DNA of 52,398 bases from a bacterium (GTDB lineage: Bacteria; Chloroflexota; Dormibacteria; Aeolococcales; Bog-877): positions 1 to 52,398 of the forward strand of contig JAJZJU010000002.1 in the NCBI GenBank assembly GCA_021809895.1, written 5' to 3'. The position numbers were made by a program, and so were the translations under genes. The notes under the pieces are model-generated. The model was not told where the DNA came from. It made no database searches and saw only the letters and a list, made by a program, of their open reading frames with translations. Positions within the stretch are counted from its first letter, which is position 1. Every line of letters begins with the position of its first letter. Of the stretch, positions 1 to 9,435 are shown piece after piece.

Positions 1-2
1 CC

Positions 3-128
3 GAGCGGCTGTACCGAGTCGACGACCACGCCGTCCGGGGGCTTCGTCGGGCGCTGATCGACGCCACTCGGGCGACCATGGCCAATGCCCTCACCTTGCT
101 CGGCCTGCAACCTCTGGCGCGAATCTGA
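3..128 (+). CDS. 3' end of an unidentified CDS entering from the left edge (partial)
   Basis: The frame is open from the window edge to TGA at 126-128. It translates to ERLYRVDDHAVRGLRRALIDATRATMANALTLLGLQPLARI. Third codon positions are G/C-rich. No family recognised. Confidence 0.35.
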   Translation, partial: ERLYRVDDHAVRGLRRALIDATRATMANALTLLGLQPLARI

Positions 129-157
129 TCGCCGCGGCATTGGCATACTGATTAGCC

Positions 158-802
158 GTGCAGGTCGTCCCCATCTTTCCACTTGGTACCGTGCTCTTCC
201 CCGGAGCCAGGATCCCCCTCCACGTCTTCGAGCCCCGCTACCGTGCCCTGGTTAGAGACTGCCTGGTCGGCGACGCTCATTTCGGCGTGGTCGCGATCAG
301 GCACGGCTCCGACACCGACCCTCTGGCCGACTGGTACCAGATCGGGACACTGGCCAGGATCGAGCGGCTCGTGCGGCTGCCCGCTGGCCGCCTCAACCTG
401 ATCGTTGCCGGCGCCACCAGGTTCCAGGCGCTCCGCCCCCTGGAAGGACGCCCGTACCTGCGAGCCGAGGTCGAGCTCGTCGAGTCGGCGCGATCCAGCC
501 CCGCGTCCCCTGTTGTGGCGGCGCAGTTGCAGAGTAGCTATGAGAGATACCGCATGAGCCTGCTGGGCATGAGGGTCGCCATCCCTCCGTTCGGGGAGCT
601 TCCCAAGGAGCCCGCCGAGCTCTCGTGGGCGGTGGCGGGACACCTGGTGGTCGAGTTACGGGACAAGCAACGGCTCTTGGAGGAGTCCGACCCGGCCAAG
701 CGCCTTCGCCTTGAGCTCTCCCTGATGCGGCGGGAGTCCCTGCTGCTGCAGCGCAGCCTGGCCAACCGGCTGGTCGGGTCCGCCTCTTACAGCCTCAACT
801 GA
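158..802 (+). CDS. LON N-terminal (substrate-binding) domain protein, stand-alone
   Basis: The N-terminus PIFPLGTVLFPGARIPLHVFEPRYRALV matches the canonical Lon N-domain signature (LFPL..FPg..pL.iFEpRY). At 214 aa there is no AAA or protease domain. Confidence 0.85.
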   Translation: MQVVPIFPLGTVLFPGARIPLHVFEPRYRALVRDCLVGDAHFGVVAIRHGSDTDPLADWYQIGTLARIERLVRLPAGRLNLIVAGATRFQALRPLEGRPYLRAEVELVESARSSPASPVVAAQLQSSYERYRMSLLGMRVAIPPFGELPKEPAELSWAVAGHLVVELRDKQRLLEESDPAKRLRLELSLMRRESLLLQRSLANRLVGSASYSLN

Positions 803-820
803 CCAGGCCCGGCGGCAAGG

Positions 821-3163
821 TCAGTTCTGCAGCTCCAAGACCACCCGTTCACCGGCCGAGCTGGTCTCACTGCCCGGCAGCAGGTAGGCGCTGTCGATCT
901 TCGTGGTTCGGCTGAGCTGGAGCACATAGGCCGCCCCCGAGAATCCGGGCACCTGGGTGGGGGTCACCGTGGTGATGAGCCCGCCCGGAGCGGGCTGGGC
1001 AACCGTCGCTCCCGCTGCCACTCCGGACATCTCAAGGTATAGCGAGGTCTGACTGGCAAACCCAACCGTGACCTTGGGAGCTCCACTTCCCTGCACCAGC
1101 TGGAAGACGACCCACAGCTGGGTGTTGCTCTGGTGCAGGCCGTAGCGCACGCCCTGAACCTGATACCCGCTGCCCGTGCCCCCGAAGGTCTGGGAATTGG
1201 TGAGGGTGACCGCCGGCTGGGTGGGAGCCGTGGGCTGCTGGGTAGGAGTCGGCTTCGACTGCACCGGAACAATGGCGTGGTGGTGGGTCGAGGGCGCCGT
1301 AGCGGGCTTGGTCGAGTGGTGCAGGAGGCTCCACCCGATGAGGAACACCGCCAGGGCGGCAACCGCAATGGTCGCGGTCTTGGTCCAGCTGCGTGGCGGA
1401 GCGCCCGCTGTTGCACTCCGAGGTTCCCGACTGCGTCGAGGTGGTGCTGTCGAGTGACCGCCCGCCTCCAATCGACCGGATGTGGCGGGTCGGGCCAGCG
1501 GCGCCACTGAGTCAGCTGGCCGGGCGGCCGCACGGGAGCCCCGCGGAAAGTCCTCGGCCGAGGGCTGAAGAGAGGGCGGGATTTCCACGGCGGGCTTGGG
1601 CTTGCTGCCGATCAGGTCCAGCGTCTGCGCCGTCGCGATTTCATCCAGCCCGAGGTTGAGGGATGGGCTGGGCTCCCACCCCTGGTTGCCCGGAAGGTTG
1701 CTGATCGACGGCGGCGGTGGTATGGCCGGCTCGGCAACCCCCGGAACCGGCGCCACCGGACCCTGTGCAGGGAACCGGTCCAGGGTGCTCAACTCGCCGA
1801 GGAGGGCCGACTCCTCCAGGGCCACCTGCATGACCTCGTCGCTCTGGCGCGTGGTTGAGGACTGTGGGGACAAAGGGTTGGAGGTGGATTCGGCTCCCTC
1901 GGCAGTCAGCTCTTCCGCCGCCAATTCCTCGGCTGGTGGCCAGCTGACTGCGGGCGCTCCGCCCGACTGGGGGTCCTGGCTCTCGATGCGGAAGGGCACG
2001 AAGAGAGGAGGCGGGTCATCTGTGCTGTCGACCACCGCTTGAGGATCGGCGGCAGAGCTGGAGGCGAGCCACGGCTGCTCGGGAGTCGGCTCCGCGTCGT
2101 CGGTCGCCGGGACAGCCGGCCACTCGGGGAGCACGGGTATCTCCACGTCATCTGCCCGGGAGTAGACGTCCGTGCCGCTTGAATCCACCTCCGCGCTATC
2201 GCTGCTTGACGAAAGCCATGGCTCCTGCGGCTGCTCAACAGCCGAGGGCCGATCGCCGCCCTCAAAGGGATCATGGGTCTCAGACCCGGGGCTCGCGTCG
2301 GCCGGGTTCGGATCCCAGCTCGGAGACTCCACCGCCGAGGGGGAGCTAAGTCCGAGGCCGGGTTGGCCCCCCTCGCCTGCCGGGGAAGTACCCGTGGTGT
2401 CGGCTGGGGACTCCTCCTGCCAACCAGCGCCGGAGGCCTCGGTGCCGATCTCGCCACCGGCTGAGACGTCGTTGAGCTCCAATCCGACAGCGCCACCCGC
2501 CTCCAGGACGGTGGGGCTGTGGTCGGGCTGGTCTGACACCGCTGGCCGCGCTTCGTCGGACGTTCCATCGGCCGTGCCGACTGCGTCTGCGGCCTCTGGC
2601 TCTGCGGCGGCGGGCTCATCGAAGGGAGAGGTCACGCCCTGCTCGGAATCGGCTGTCTCGGCGACATCGCTCAGGGGCTCATCACTCTCTGAGGGCCCCG
2701 GTCCAGTGACCTCAGTGCTCATGTCAGCGTGTTCGCCGCCGGACAAAAGGGAGCTTGGTGGTTGCTCACCCGGGTCCGGTGCCTCCGAGTCCGCACCTCC
2801 CGCAGTGGTCTTTTCGATCGGGATGATCTGGGTGCCGATCCCCATCATGCTGAAGGGTTCGACCGTGCTATCGGCGCTGTCCGCGCTCTCCTGGCTCACG
2901 GACTCCTCTGCGGCCGGGCCGCCCTCCTCAGGCTCCGACCCGGGTGTCACCACCACTCGAGCCCGTTCCAGGAGCGCGGTCGCGGTCCCCCCGGACACCG
3001 CGACCCGGGCCAGCTGAGAGATCCGGTCGGTCTCGTCGCGGAGATAGCGCATGCCGGTCCGGCAGCGCTCGCAGGTGACCAGATGGGCCTCCAGCTCCGA
3101 CTGCCGTTCCCTGGACAGCTCCCCGTCCAAGGCGCAGCTCAGGGTGAGGAGGCTGCACTTCAT
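821..3163 (-). CDS. Anti-sigma factor: N-terminal zf-HC2 domain, ~520-aa acidic/Pro/Ser-rich linker, one TM helix, ~165-aa extracytoplasmic AMIN-like domain
   Basis: The sequence from ATG 3163, MKCSLLTLSCALDGELSRERQSELEAHLVTCERCRTGMRYL, carries the H-x3-C-x2-C anti-sigma zinc-finger motif. The start lies 2 nt after the sigma-factor stop. The TM helix is TATIAVAALAVFLIGWSLL (about nt 1325-1393). The C-terminal pattern (VRYGLHQ...LWVVFQL...ERVVLELQ) resembles AMIN domains; this is tentative. The ORF track's upstream start at 3247 would overlap the sigma gene, so it was trimmed. Confidence 0.75.
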   Translation of the reverse strand: MKCSLLTLSCALDGELSRERQSELEAHLVTCERCRTGMRYLRDETDRISQLARVAVSGGTATALLERARVVVTPGSEPEEGGPAAEESVSQESADSADSTVEPFSMMGIGTQIIPIEKTTAGGADSEAPDPGEQPPSSLLSGGEHADMSTEVTGPGPSESDEPLSDVAETADSEQGVTSPFDEPAAAEPEAADAVGTADGTSDEARPAVSDQPDHSPTVLEAGGAVGLELNDVSAGGEIGTEASGAGWQEESPADTTGTSPAGEGGQPGLGLSSPSAVESPSWDPNPADASPGSETHDPFEGGDRPSAVEQPQEPWLSSSSDSAEVDSSGTDVYSRADDVEIPVLPEWPAVPATDDAEPTPEQPWLASSSAADPQAVVDSTDDPPPLFVPFRIESQDPQSGGAPAVSWPPAEELAAEELTAEGAESTSNPLSPQSSTTRQSDEVMQVALEESALLGELSTLDRFPAQGPVAPVPGVAEPAIPPPPSISNLPGNQGWEPSPSLNLGLDEIATAQTLDLIGSKPKPAVEIPPSLQPSAEDFPRGSRAAARPADSVAPLARPATSGRLEAGGHSTAPPRRSREPRSATAGAPPRSWTKTATIAVAALAVFLIGWSLLHHSTKPATAPSTHHHAIVPVQSKPTPTQQPTAPTQPAVTLTNSQTFGGTGSGYQVQGVRYGLHQSNTQLWVVFQLVQGSGAPKVTVGFASQTSLYLEMSGVAAGATVAQPAPGGLITTVTPTQVPGFSGAAYVLQLSRTTKIDSAYLLPGSETSSAGERVVLELQN

Positions 3164-3165
3164 GG

Positions 3166-3687
3166 TCAGATCGAGATGTCCCGATAGATGCTGCCGAATT
3201 CCCGTCTGGCGGTGGCGACCAGCCGCGAGGCCGCCTCCGGCGAGCACTCCAGGGCCACCCCGATCTCTCGGTAGTTGAGCTTCGCCAGGTCGCGCAGGAG
3301 GAGCGCGGAGCGCCGACCGAACTCGCAGGCCAGCAACGCGCGCTTGGCGGTGTTGATTCGGGTGGCGTCCGCCCCGGTCGATCCCAGGCTGATCAGCGGA
3401 GGGCGCTTGCCGAAGAGGCGGCCCACCCCTCGACGCTGCGGAGGGTAGTGCTGATGCTGCCGCGCCGCCCGGGTGACGGCGCGATACAGGATGGCACGCC
3501 CATCTCTCTGCAGACTGGCCGGCGGAAAGTGCCGTGCGTAGTACAGTCCCGCCGTCACATATTCCACCGCCTCTTCGGGAGTGCCGGTCAGGTGGAGCGT
3601 ATAGGTGACGAGAGAATCGAGATGCTGGCGGGCGAGCTCCTCCAGCGTGCTCGCGGCGGTTTGAGGTCGTTCTAAGACGCTGTTCAT
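3166..3687 (-). CDS. ECF-type RNA polymerase sigma factor (sigma-70 regions 2 and 4)
   Basis: The region 4 HTH is ALLLRDLAKLNYREIGVALECSPEAASRLVATARREF, preceded by a region 2-like N-terminus. The gene sits immediately upstream of the zf-HC2 anti-sigma gene. The start is set at ATG 3687 (MNSVLERP); starts up to 3804 are possible. Confidence 0.75.
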   Translation of the reverse strand: MNSVLERPQTAASTLEELARQHLDSLVTYTLHLTGTPEEAVEYVTAGLYYARHFPPASLQRDGRAILYRAVTRAARQHQHYPPQRRGVGRLFGKRPPLISLGSTGADATRINTAKRALLACEFGRRSALLLRDLAKLNYREIGVALECSPEAASRLVATARREFGSIYRDISI

Positions 3688-3909
3688 GACGTTGCGTGGT
3701 GTGACACGCGAGCTGGTGGTCAATATAGCGGTCCCTCTGCGAAAGTGCAAGCTCGACATCGAATCAGCGAGGAGCGCACCCGAAGCCGATCGTTGCCTCA
3801 CCAAGGAATGACACCGAGGGTCGGCGGCCGGAGATGGCCGGGGAGGCTGCCAACGACCGGATGACCGCTGGACTGCAGCTGCCCGGCCGCCAGCTCCTCC
3901 TCCCCTGCC

Positions 3910-4638
3910 TCAGGCCGGGTCCGGTCCCGGATGCTCTGGCGGCTCGAGACCTGCCTCGAGGTAGCAGGACCGGGGAATCCCGATGTCAGCCAGCCACAGC
4001 CTTCCCACCCAGTGACGGGCGCCCAGTTCCTGGCAGCCGCGCTTGGCGGCCCCCAGCATCAGGGTGTGGTCGGCTCTGACGCAGTCGCCAGGGGCCTGTC
4101 CGGAGTCACAGTCGAGGCCGCTGGGCAGATCGATCGACAGCACCACTGCCGAGCAGCGGTTGACCCGGCCGATCAGGTCGGCGAGGTCACCCCGTGGGGC
4201 GCCCACAGCCCCGGTGCCCAGCATCCCGTCCACGACCAGGGCGGCATCGGTGAGGCACCAGTCGGCAGCCTCCCGAAGCCCTGGCGAACCGGCCGCGAGC
4301 CGGCGCACGGCCACCGCGGTCGCCTCCGCGGCGCGCCGCAGGCCGTCTGCCATCGGCTCGGCGCCGCCAGAGGAATGCATCTGAAGGCAGCGGACGCGGA
4401 GGCCCCAGGCGGCCAGGTGGCGGGCCGCCACCATCCCGTCGCCGCCGTTGTTGCCCTTGCCCGCGAGCACAGCTACCGTCGGGTCTGGCTGTTGACTCTC
4501 CCCCAGCAGGCGCCGGGCCAGCCGGGCAGTCTGAAACCCGGCCACCGCCATAAGCATCGCGGAGGGCACCCCCATCCGTTCCGCCGCCCGGTCGAGCTCT
4601 TGAGCCTGAGCTCGCGAGGCGCCCTGGTCCAGGGTCAA
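3910..4638 (-). CDS. nnrE: NAD(P)H-hydrate epimerase (YjeF N-terminal domain only)
   Basis: Has VLAGKGNNGGDGMVAARHL and the downstream LVVDGMLGTG motif typical of YjeF_N. The TTG start overlaps the upstream stop (TTGA at 4635-4638). Confidence 0.82.
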   Translation of the reverse strand: MTLDQGASRAQAQELDRAAERMGVPSAMLMAVAGFQTARLARRLLGESQQPDPTVAVLAGKGNNGGDGMVAARHLAAWGLRVRCLQMHSSGGAEPMADGLRRAAEATAVAVRRLAAGSPGLREAADWCLTDAALVVDGMLGTGAVGAPRGDLADLIGRVNRCSAVVLSIDLPSGLDCDSGQAPGDCVRADHTLMLGAAKRGCQELGARHWVGRLWLADIGIPRSCYLEAGLEPPEHPGPDPA

Positions 4639-5453
4639 GTGGTCGCTCCCTCCAGCGCGATCCGGGCCGGGCTGGACCAGAGGATCCGCACCCGATCGCC
4701 CGGGCGCAGGCCGAGCTGCCGGGCCGCGCTGATCCTGTTCCCCGCTATCTCAAGGTGCCCGGAGCTGTTCCACAGCAGCGCGACGTCTCCTGCGATCTCC
4801 GAGTAGGTGTTGACCACCTCGCTCACGACCCGCCCGTCGCCCACCGCCACCCCGGCCGGGATCGGCGAGTACCACGGAGTTCTGGTGACCGCGGTGATGA
4901 GGTTCCCGAACCGGTCCACCACCACCACCGGCGCCTCCGTGCCGCCCTCGTCTCCGTCCGGAAGGAGCTCTGGAAGCATCTGGGGGCTGCGCAGTCGGGG
5001 ACCGAGGTCCTCCAGGACCAACTTTCCCTGGGCAAGCCGGGCCGCCAGTGGGCCGCTCAGATCGCGGCCGTGAAATGTGGGGCTCAGAGCGAGCGGCCGC
5101 TGCAGGGGCTCATCGATACGAAAGACGGCACGCTCCGTGCCCTTCAGCCACATGAAGTGCAGCAGCCCGTTGTCGGGAGCGACCACCAGCTGGTGGTCGA
5201 TCAGGCCCGCCACCAGGGGGCGGTCGCTGCCGACTCCCGGGTCCACCACCGCGCAGTGGACCGTCCCCTCGGGGAAGAAGGGAGCGGCGGCGGCCAGCCA
5301 GTAGCTGCCTGCCCCGACGTCGTGAGGCGGGATCCCATGTGTGATGGTCTCGATACGAAGCTCGGGCGCGATGCGCAGGACCGCTCCCATCAGTGCACCC
5401 ACATACCCGTCGGCGGTCCCGAAGTCGGTCAGCAGCGTGAGCACGGTGGCCAT
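4635..5453 (-). CDS. SAM hydroxide adenosyltransferase / SAM hydrolase (DUF62 family)
   Basis: MATVLTLLTDFGTADGYVGALMGAV and VVDPGVGS are DUF62 hallmarks. The start is trimmed to ATG 5453 because the longer ORF (to 5555) would run through the groEL terminator hairpin. Confidence 0.85.
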   Translation of the reverse strand: MATVLTLLTDFGTADGYVGALMGAVLRIAPELRIETITHGIPPHDVGAGSYWLAAAAPFFPEGTVHCAVVDPGVGSDRPLVAGLIDHQLVVAPDNGLLHFMWLKGTERAVFRIDEPLQRPLALSPTFHGRDLSGPLAARLAQGKLVLEDLGPRLRSPQMLPELLPDGDEGGTEAPVVVVDRFGNLITAVTRTPWYSPIPAGVAVGDGRVVSEVVNTYSEIAGDVALLWNSSGHLEIAGNRISAARQLGLRPGDRVRILWSSPARIALEGATT

Positions 5454-5520
5454 GAGCTGGGGCCATTGTCCGTCATGGGACGGTGCCGGGAGGCCACGGC
5501 CGGAGCCCATGGCAAAGAGA

Positions 5521-5550
5521 AAGCGGGGTGGCCCGAGGGCCACCCCGCTT
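5521..5550 (-). terminator. Intrinsic terminator downstream of groEL
   Basis: Perfect 13-bp stem, AAGCGGGGTGGCC / GGCCACCCCGCTT, with a 4-nt loop. It lies 22 nt after the groEL stop. On the minus strand it is followed by TCTCTTTGCC. Confidence 0.7.
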
Positions 5551-5571
5551 GACACTTCCCCGATTAGGAGA

Positions 5572-7179
<1,608 letters not shown>

Positions 7180-7235
7180 ATGCTTCCTCTCCTAATTTCC
7201 CCACGGGATACAGCTGATCACTCAGTGCCGCCATT

Positions 7236-7262
7236 TTAGCACTCGCTGGCCGCGAGTGCTAG
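7236..7262. promoter_or_regulatory. CIRCE operator (HrcA binding site) in the groEL leader
   Basis: The sequence is TTAGCACTC-GCTGGCCGC-GAGTGCTAG. The consensus is TTAGCACTC-N9-GAGTGCTAA, so 17 of 18 arm positions match. It lies 57 nt upstream of the groEL ATG. Confidence 0.85.
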
Positions 7263-7278
7263 CAGCTGGCTCTGGAAA

Positions 7279-8130
7279 GTGCCAGAGCAAGTGGATGGGT
7301 GGGTCGAGGATCATGGGCCGGTGAGTGAGTCAACCTCTGCCTCATCGGGATTCGTAGCGGTGCGTTCACGTGAGGATCGCGATGCGGTGGGGAGCTTCCT
7401 GCTCGCCCAGGGGTGGGCGGGGTTGCACTTCGGGGACACCCTGCGACGTCTGGAGGCGGAGGAGGACCCGGCCGGCTTCGAGCTCCTTTGGGTGCGCGGC
7501 CCAGCCGCCGAGGTCAGGGCGACCGCCCTGGTCCACGGGCGCCGCCTGCACCTGTTCGCCCCCAACCGCGACGAGCACCCTGCGGCCGCAGGGCTTTTGG
7601 AGGAACGACTCCATGCGCTGGACCGGGTGAACTGCCTGGAGGCGCATCTGCCCCTGGACCTGAGCGAGCTGTTCTCGGTGCATTTGAGGGAGATGACCGT
7701 GGCTGCGACTCTTCGCGTCCCCGCCCGACAACTCCCGGAGGTGAGAGTCGCTACCCCGGGTGACGGGGCTGAGTTGTGGCGGATCTACGACCCGGTGCCC
7801 TGGATGCGGCTGGGTTCACCAGCAGAATGGGCTGCCAAGGTCGCCAGGGAGCGGACCTGGGTGGCCGAGCTCGACGGTCAGCTGGTGGCGGCGGCGCGCT
7901 GGACCAAGGCTTTCGGACAGGTGGTGGAGGTTGGTGGGGTCGCCGCCGACCCGGCACTTCGTCGACGGGGCGCGGGCACGGCGGTGGTGCTGGCGGCCAC
8001 GGCAGCGGCCCTTGCCGAGGGCCTGACGCCCGTCCTCTGCTTCGGCGACCCCGAGCTGCGACCTCTCTATCACCGTCTGGGATACGAGCTGGTGGGAAGG
8101 GAATTCGCGTTCCAGCGCAGCCTGGTCTGA
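7279..8130 (+). CDS. GNAT family N-acetyltransferase with an N-terminal extension domain
   Basis: The C-terminal acetyl-CoA binding motif is VEVGGVAADPALRRRGAGTAVV...LYHRLGYE. The start is uncertain: GTG 7279 lies close to the groEL promoter/CIRCE region, and downstream GTGs such as 7321 are possible. Confidence 0.7.
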   Translation: MPEQVDGWVEDHGPVSESTSASSGFVAVRSREDRDAVGSFLLAQGWAGLHFGDTLRRLEAEEDPAGFELLWVRGPAAEVRATALVHGRRLHLFAPNRDEHPAAAGLLEERLHALDRVNCLEAHLPLDLSELFSVHLREMTVAATLRVPARQLPEVRVATPGDGAELWRIYDPVPWMRLGSPAEWAAKVARERTWVAELDGQLVAAARWTKAFGQVVEVGGVAADPALRRRGAGTAVVLAATAAALAEGLTPVLCFGDPELRPLYHRLGYELVGREFAFQRSLV

Positions 8131-8152
8131 TCGATCGGAATATGATCAGCTC

Positions 8153-9301
8153 ATGCCCGACCTGAAGTCGGTGCTGGCCTGGTCCGCAGTGGCGGCCGGG
8201 GTGGCCATTGCCGCCGAGCGCAGCGTCTCCAAGATGAGATCAGGCTCCGACGAGTCCATGCTCGACTGGGACCTTGCGCGTCGAACCGCCTATCAACGGG
8301 TCGGCGCTGACGGCCTGGAGGAGGCTTCCCAGGCGTCCCTGGAGTACGAGCCCTTGGTGGCTGAGCTGGTGCCCTTGCTTGCCCAGGCCTGTGGGACCCC
8401 AGCCCAGGGCAACAGTTTCGGGCGGGTGCGGGTGGTCGGCAGGAGGGGGTTCCTCGATCAGAACCTGGCCATGATGCGGCGGATGGTGCAGCCCATTGAA
8501 GCCGCCCATGGACAGCTGGGCCAGTTCCGTCCCAGCGCTCTGATGCGTGTGCCGACCAGCCTTTACCTAGGCACCCTCCTCGGCTACATGGGCACCCGGG
8601 TTCTCGGCCAGTACGATCCCGTGCTCAGCTTCCCGGGGACGGATCGGGAGGGCCTGCCCCAGCCCGCCTTGCTGATTGTGGAGCCGAACGTGCGCGACTT
8701 CGAACGCAAGTCCGACCTGCCGATCGACTCGCTGCGCCGTTGGTTGATGCTGCACGAGCTGACCCATGCCTGGCAGTTTGAGCTGCACCCGTGGTTGGCC
8801 CCTCATCTCATTGGGATGGTGGAGGAACTGACCAGGATGCCCACCGGCAGGGGCCTGAACGGGGTCGAGGAGTGGTTGCGGACCGCCCGTAACATTCGTC
8901 CCCAGCTCGCTCTGGTTGGCAAGGTGCAGGCGGTGATGGCGGTCCTCGAGGGCCATGGCAACTTCATCATGCGCGAGGTCGGGCGGCGCCACATCCCGGA
9001 CTTCGACTCCCTCGACGAAGCCTTCCACCGCCGGCACCAACCCCCGAGTGCGATCGAGCGCCTGATCCTCCTGGTCTCCGGGGTGGGGCTCAAGCTGCAG
9101 CAGTACCAGCAGGGAGAGCGCTTCCTGCGCGAGATCCAGGCCCGAGGTGGCCAGGCGGCTCTGGACCGGGTGTGGGTGTCCGCGGACACGCTGCCGAGTT
9201 GGCGAGAGGTGCGCCGCCCAGATCTGTGGTTGGGGCGCATGGGTTTCGACACCGCTGGGCAATCGGGCCAGAGCCCGGTGGTGTCGCCCTTCCCCGCCTG
9301 A
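8153..9301 (+). CDS. Zinc-dependent metalloprotease, DUF2342 / TIGR03624-like (HExxH)
   Basis: WLMLHELTHAWQF contains HExxH. The overall layout, with an N-terminal membrane/signal segment, matches the actinobacterial family often annotated as F420-biosynthesis-associated hydrolase. Confidence 0.8.
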   Translation: MPDLKSVLAWSAVAAGVAIAAERSVSKMRSGSDESMLDWDLARRTAYQRVGADGLEEASQASLEYEPLVAELVPLLAQACGTPAQGNSFGRVRVVGRRGFLDQNLAMMRRMVQPIEAAHGQLGQFRPSALMRVPTSLYLGTLLGYMGTRVLGQYDPVLSFPGTDREGLPQPALLIVEPNVRDFERKSDLPIDSLRRWLMLHELTHAWQFELHPWLAPHLIGMVEELTRMPTGRGLNGVEEWLRTARNIRPQLALVGKVQAVMAVLEGHGNFIMREVGRRHIPDFDSLDEAFHRRHQPPSAIERLILLVSGVGLKLQQYQQGERFLREIQARGGQAALDRVWVSADTLPSWREVRRPDLWLGRMGFDTAGQSGQSPVVSPFPA

Positions 9302-9435
9302 AGGCTCGGACTCGATAGAGCGTGGTGGTGCCAAGATGGCTGTTCTTGCGTACACTTCGCAGGTGAATTGCCTCACCCAGATGGGGTCCAATTCTCAGCA
9401 GCGGGGAGAGCACCCTCCTCTCAGGAGTTGAAGCT

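Noticed and set aside
1500-3000. Repetitive, low-complexity DNA inside the anti-sigma gene (and at 9650-10450 in the acidic protein gene), considered as a possible CRISPR array or tandem-repeat locus.
   Set aside because: There are no regularly spaced identical direct repeats. The repetitiveness reflects acidic/Pro/Ser-rich coding sequence in a single long open frame.
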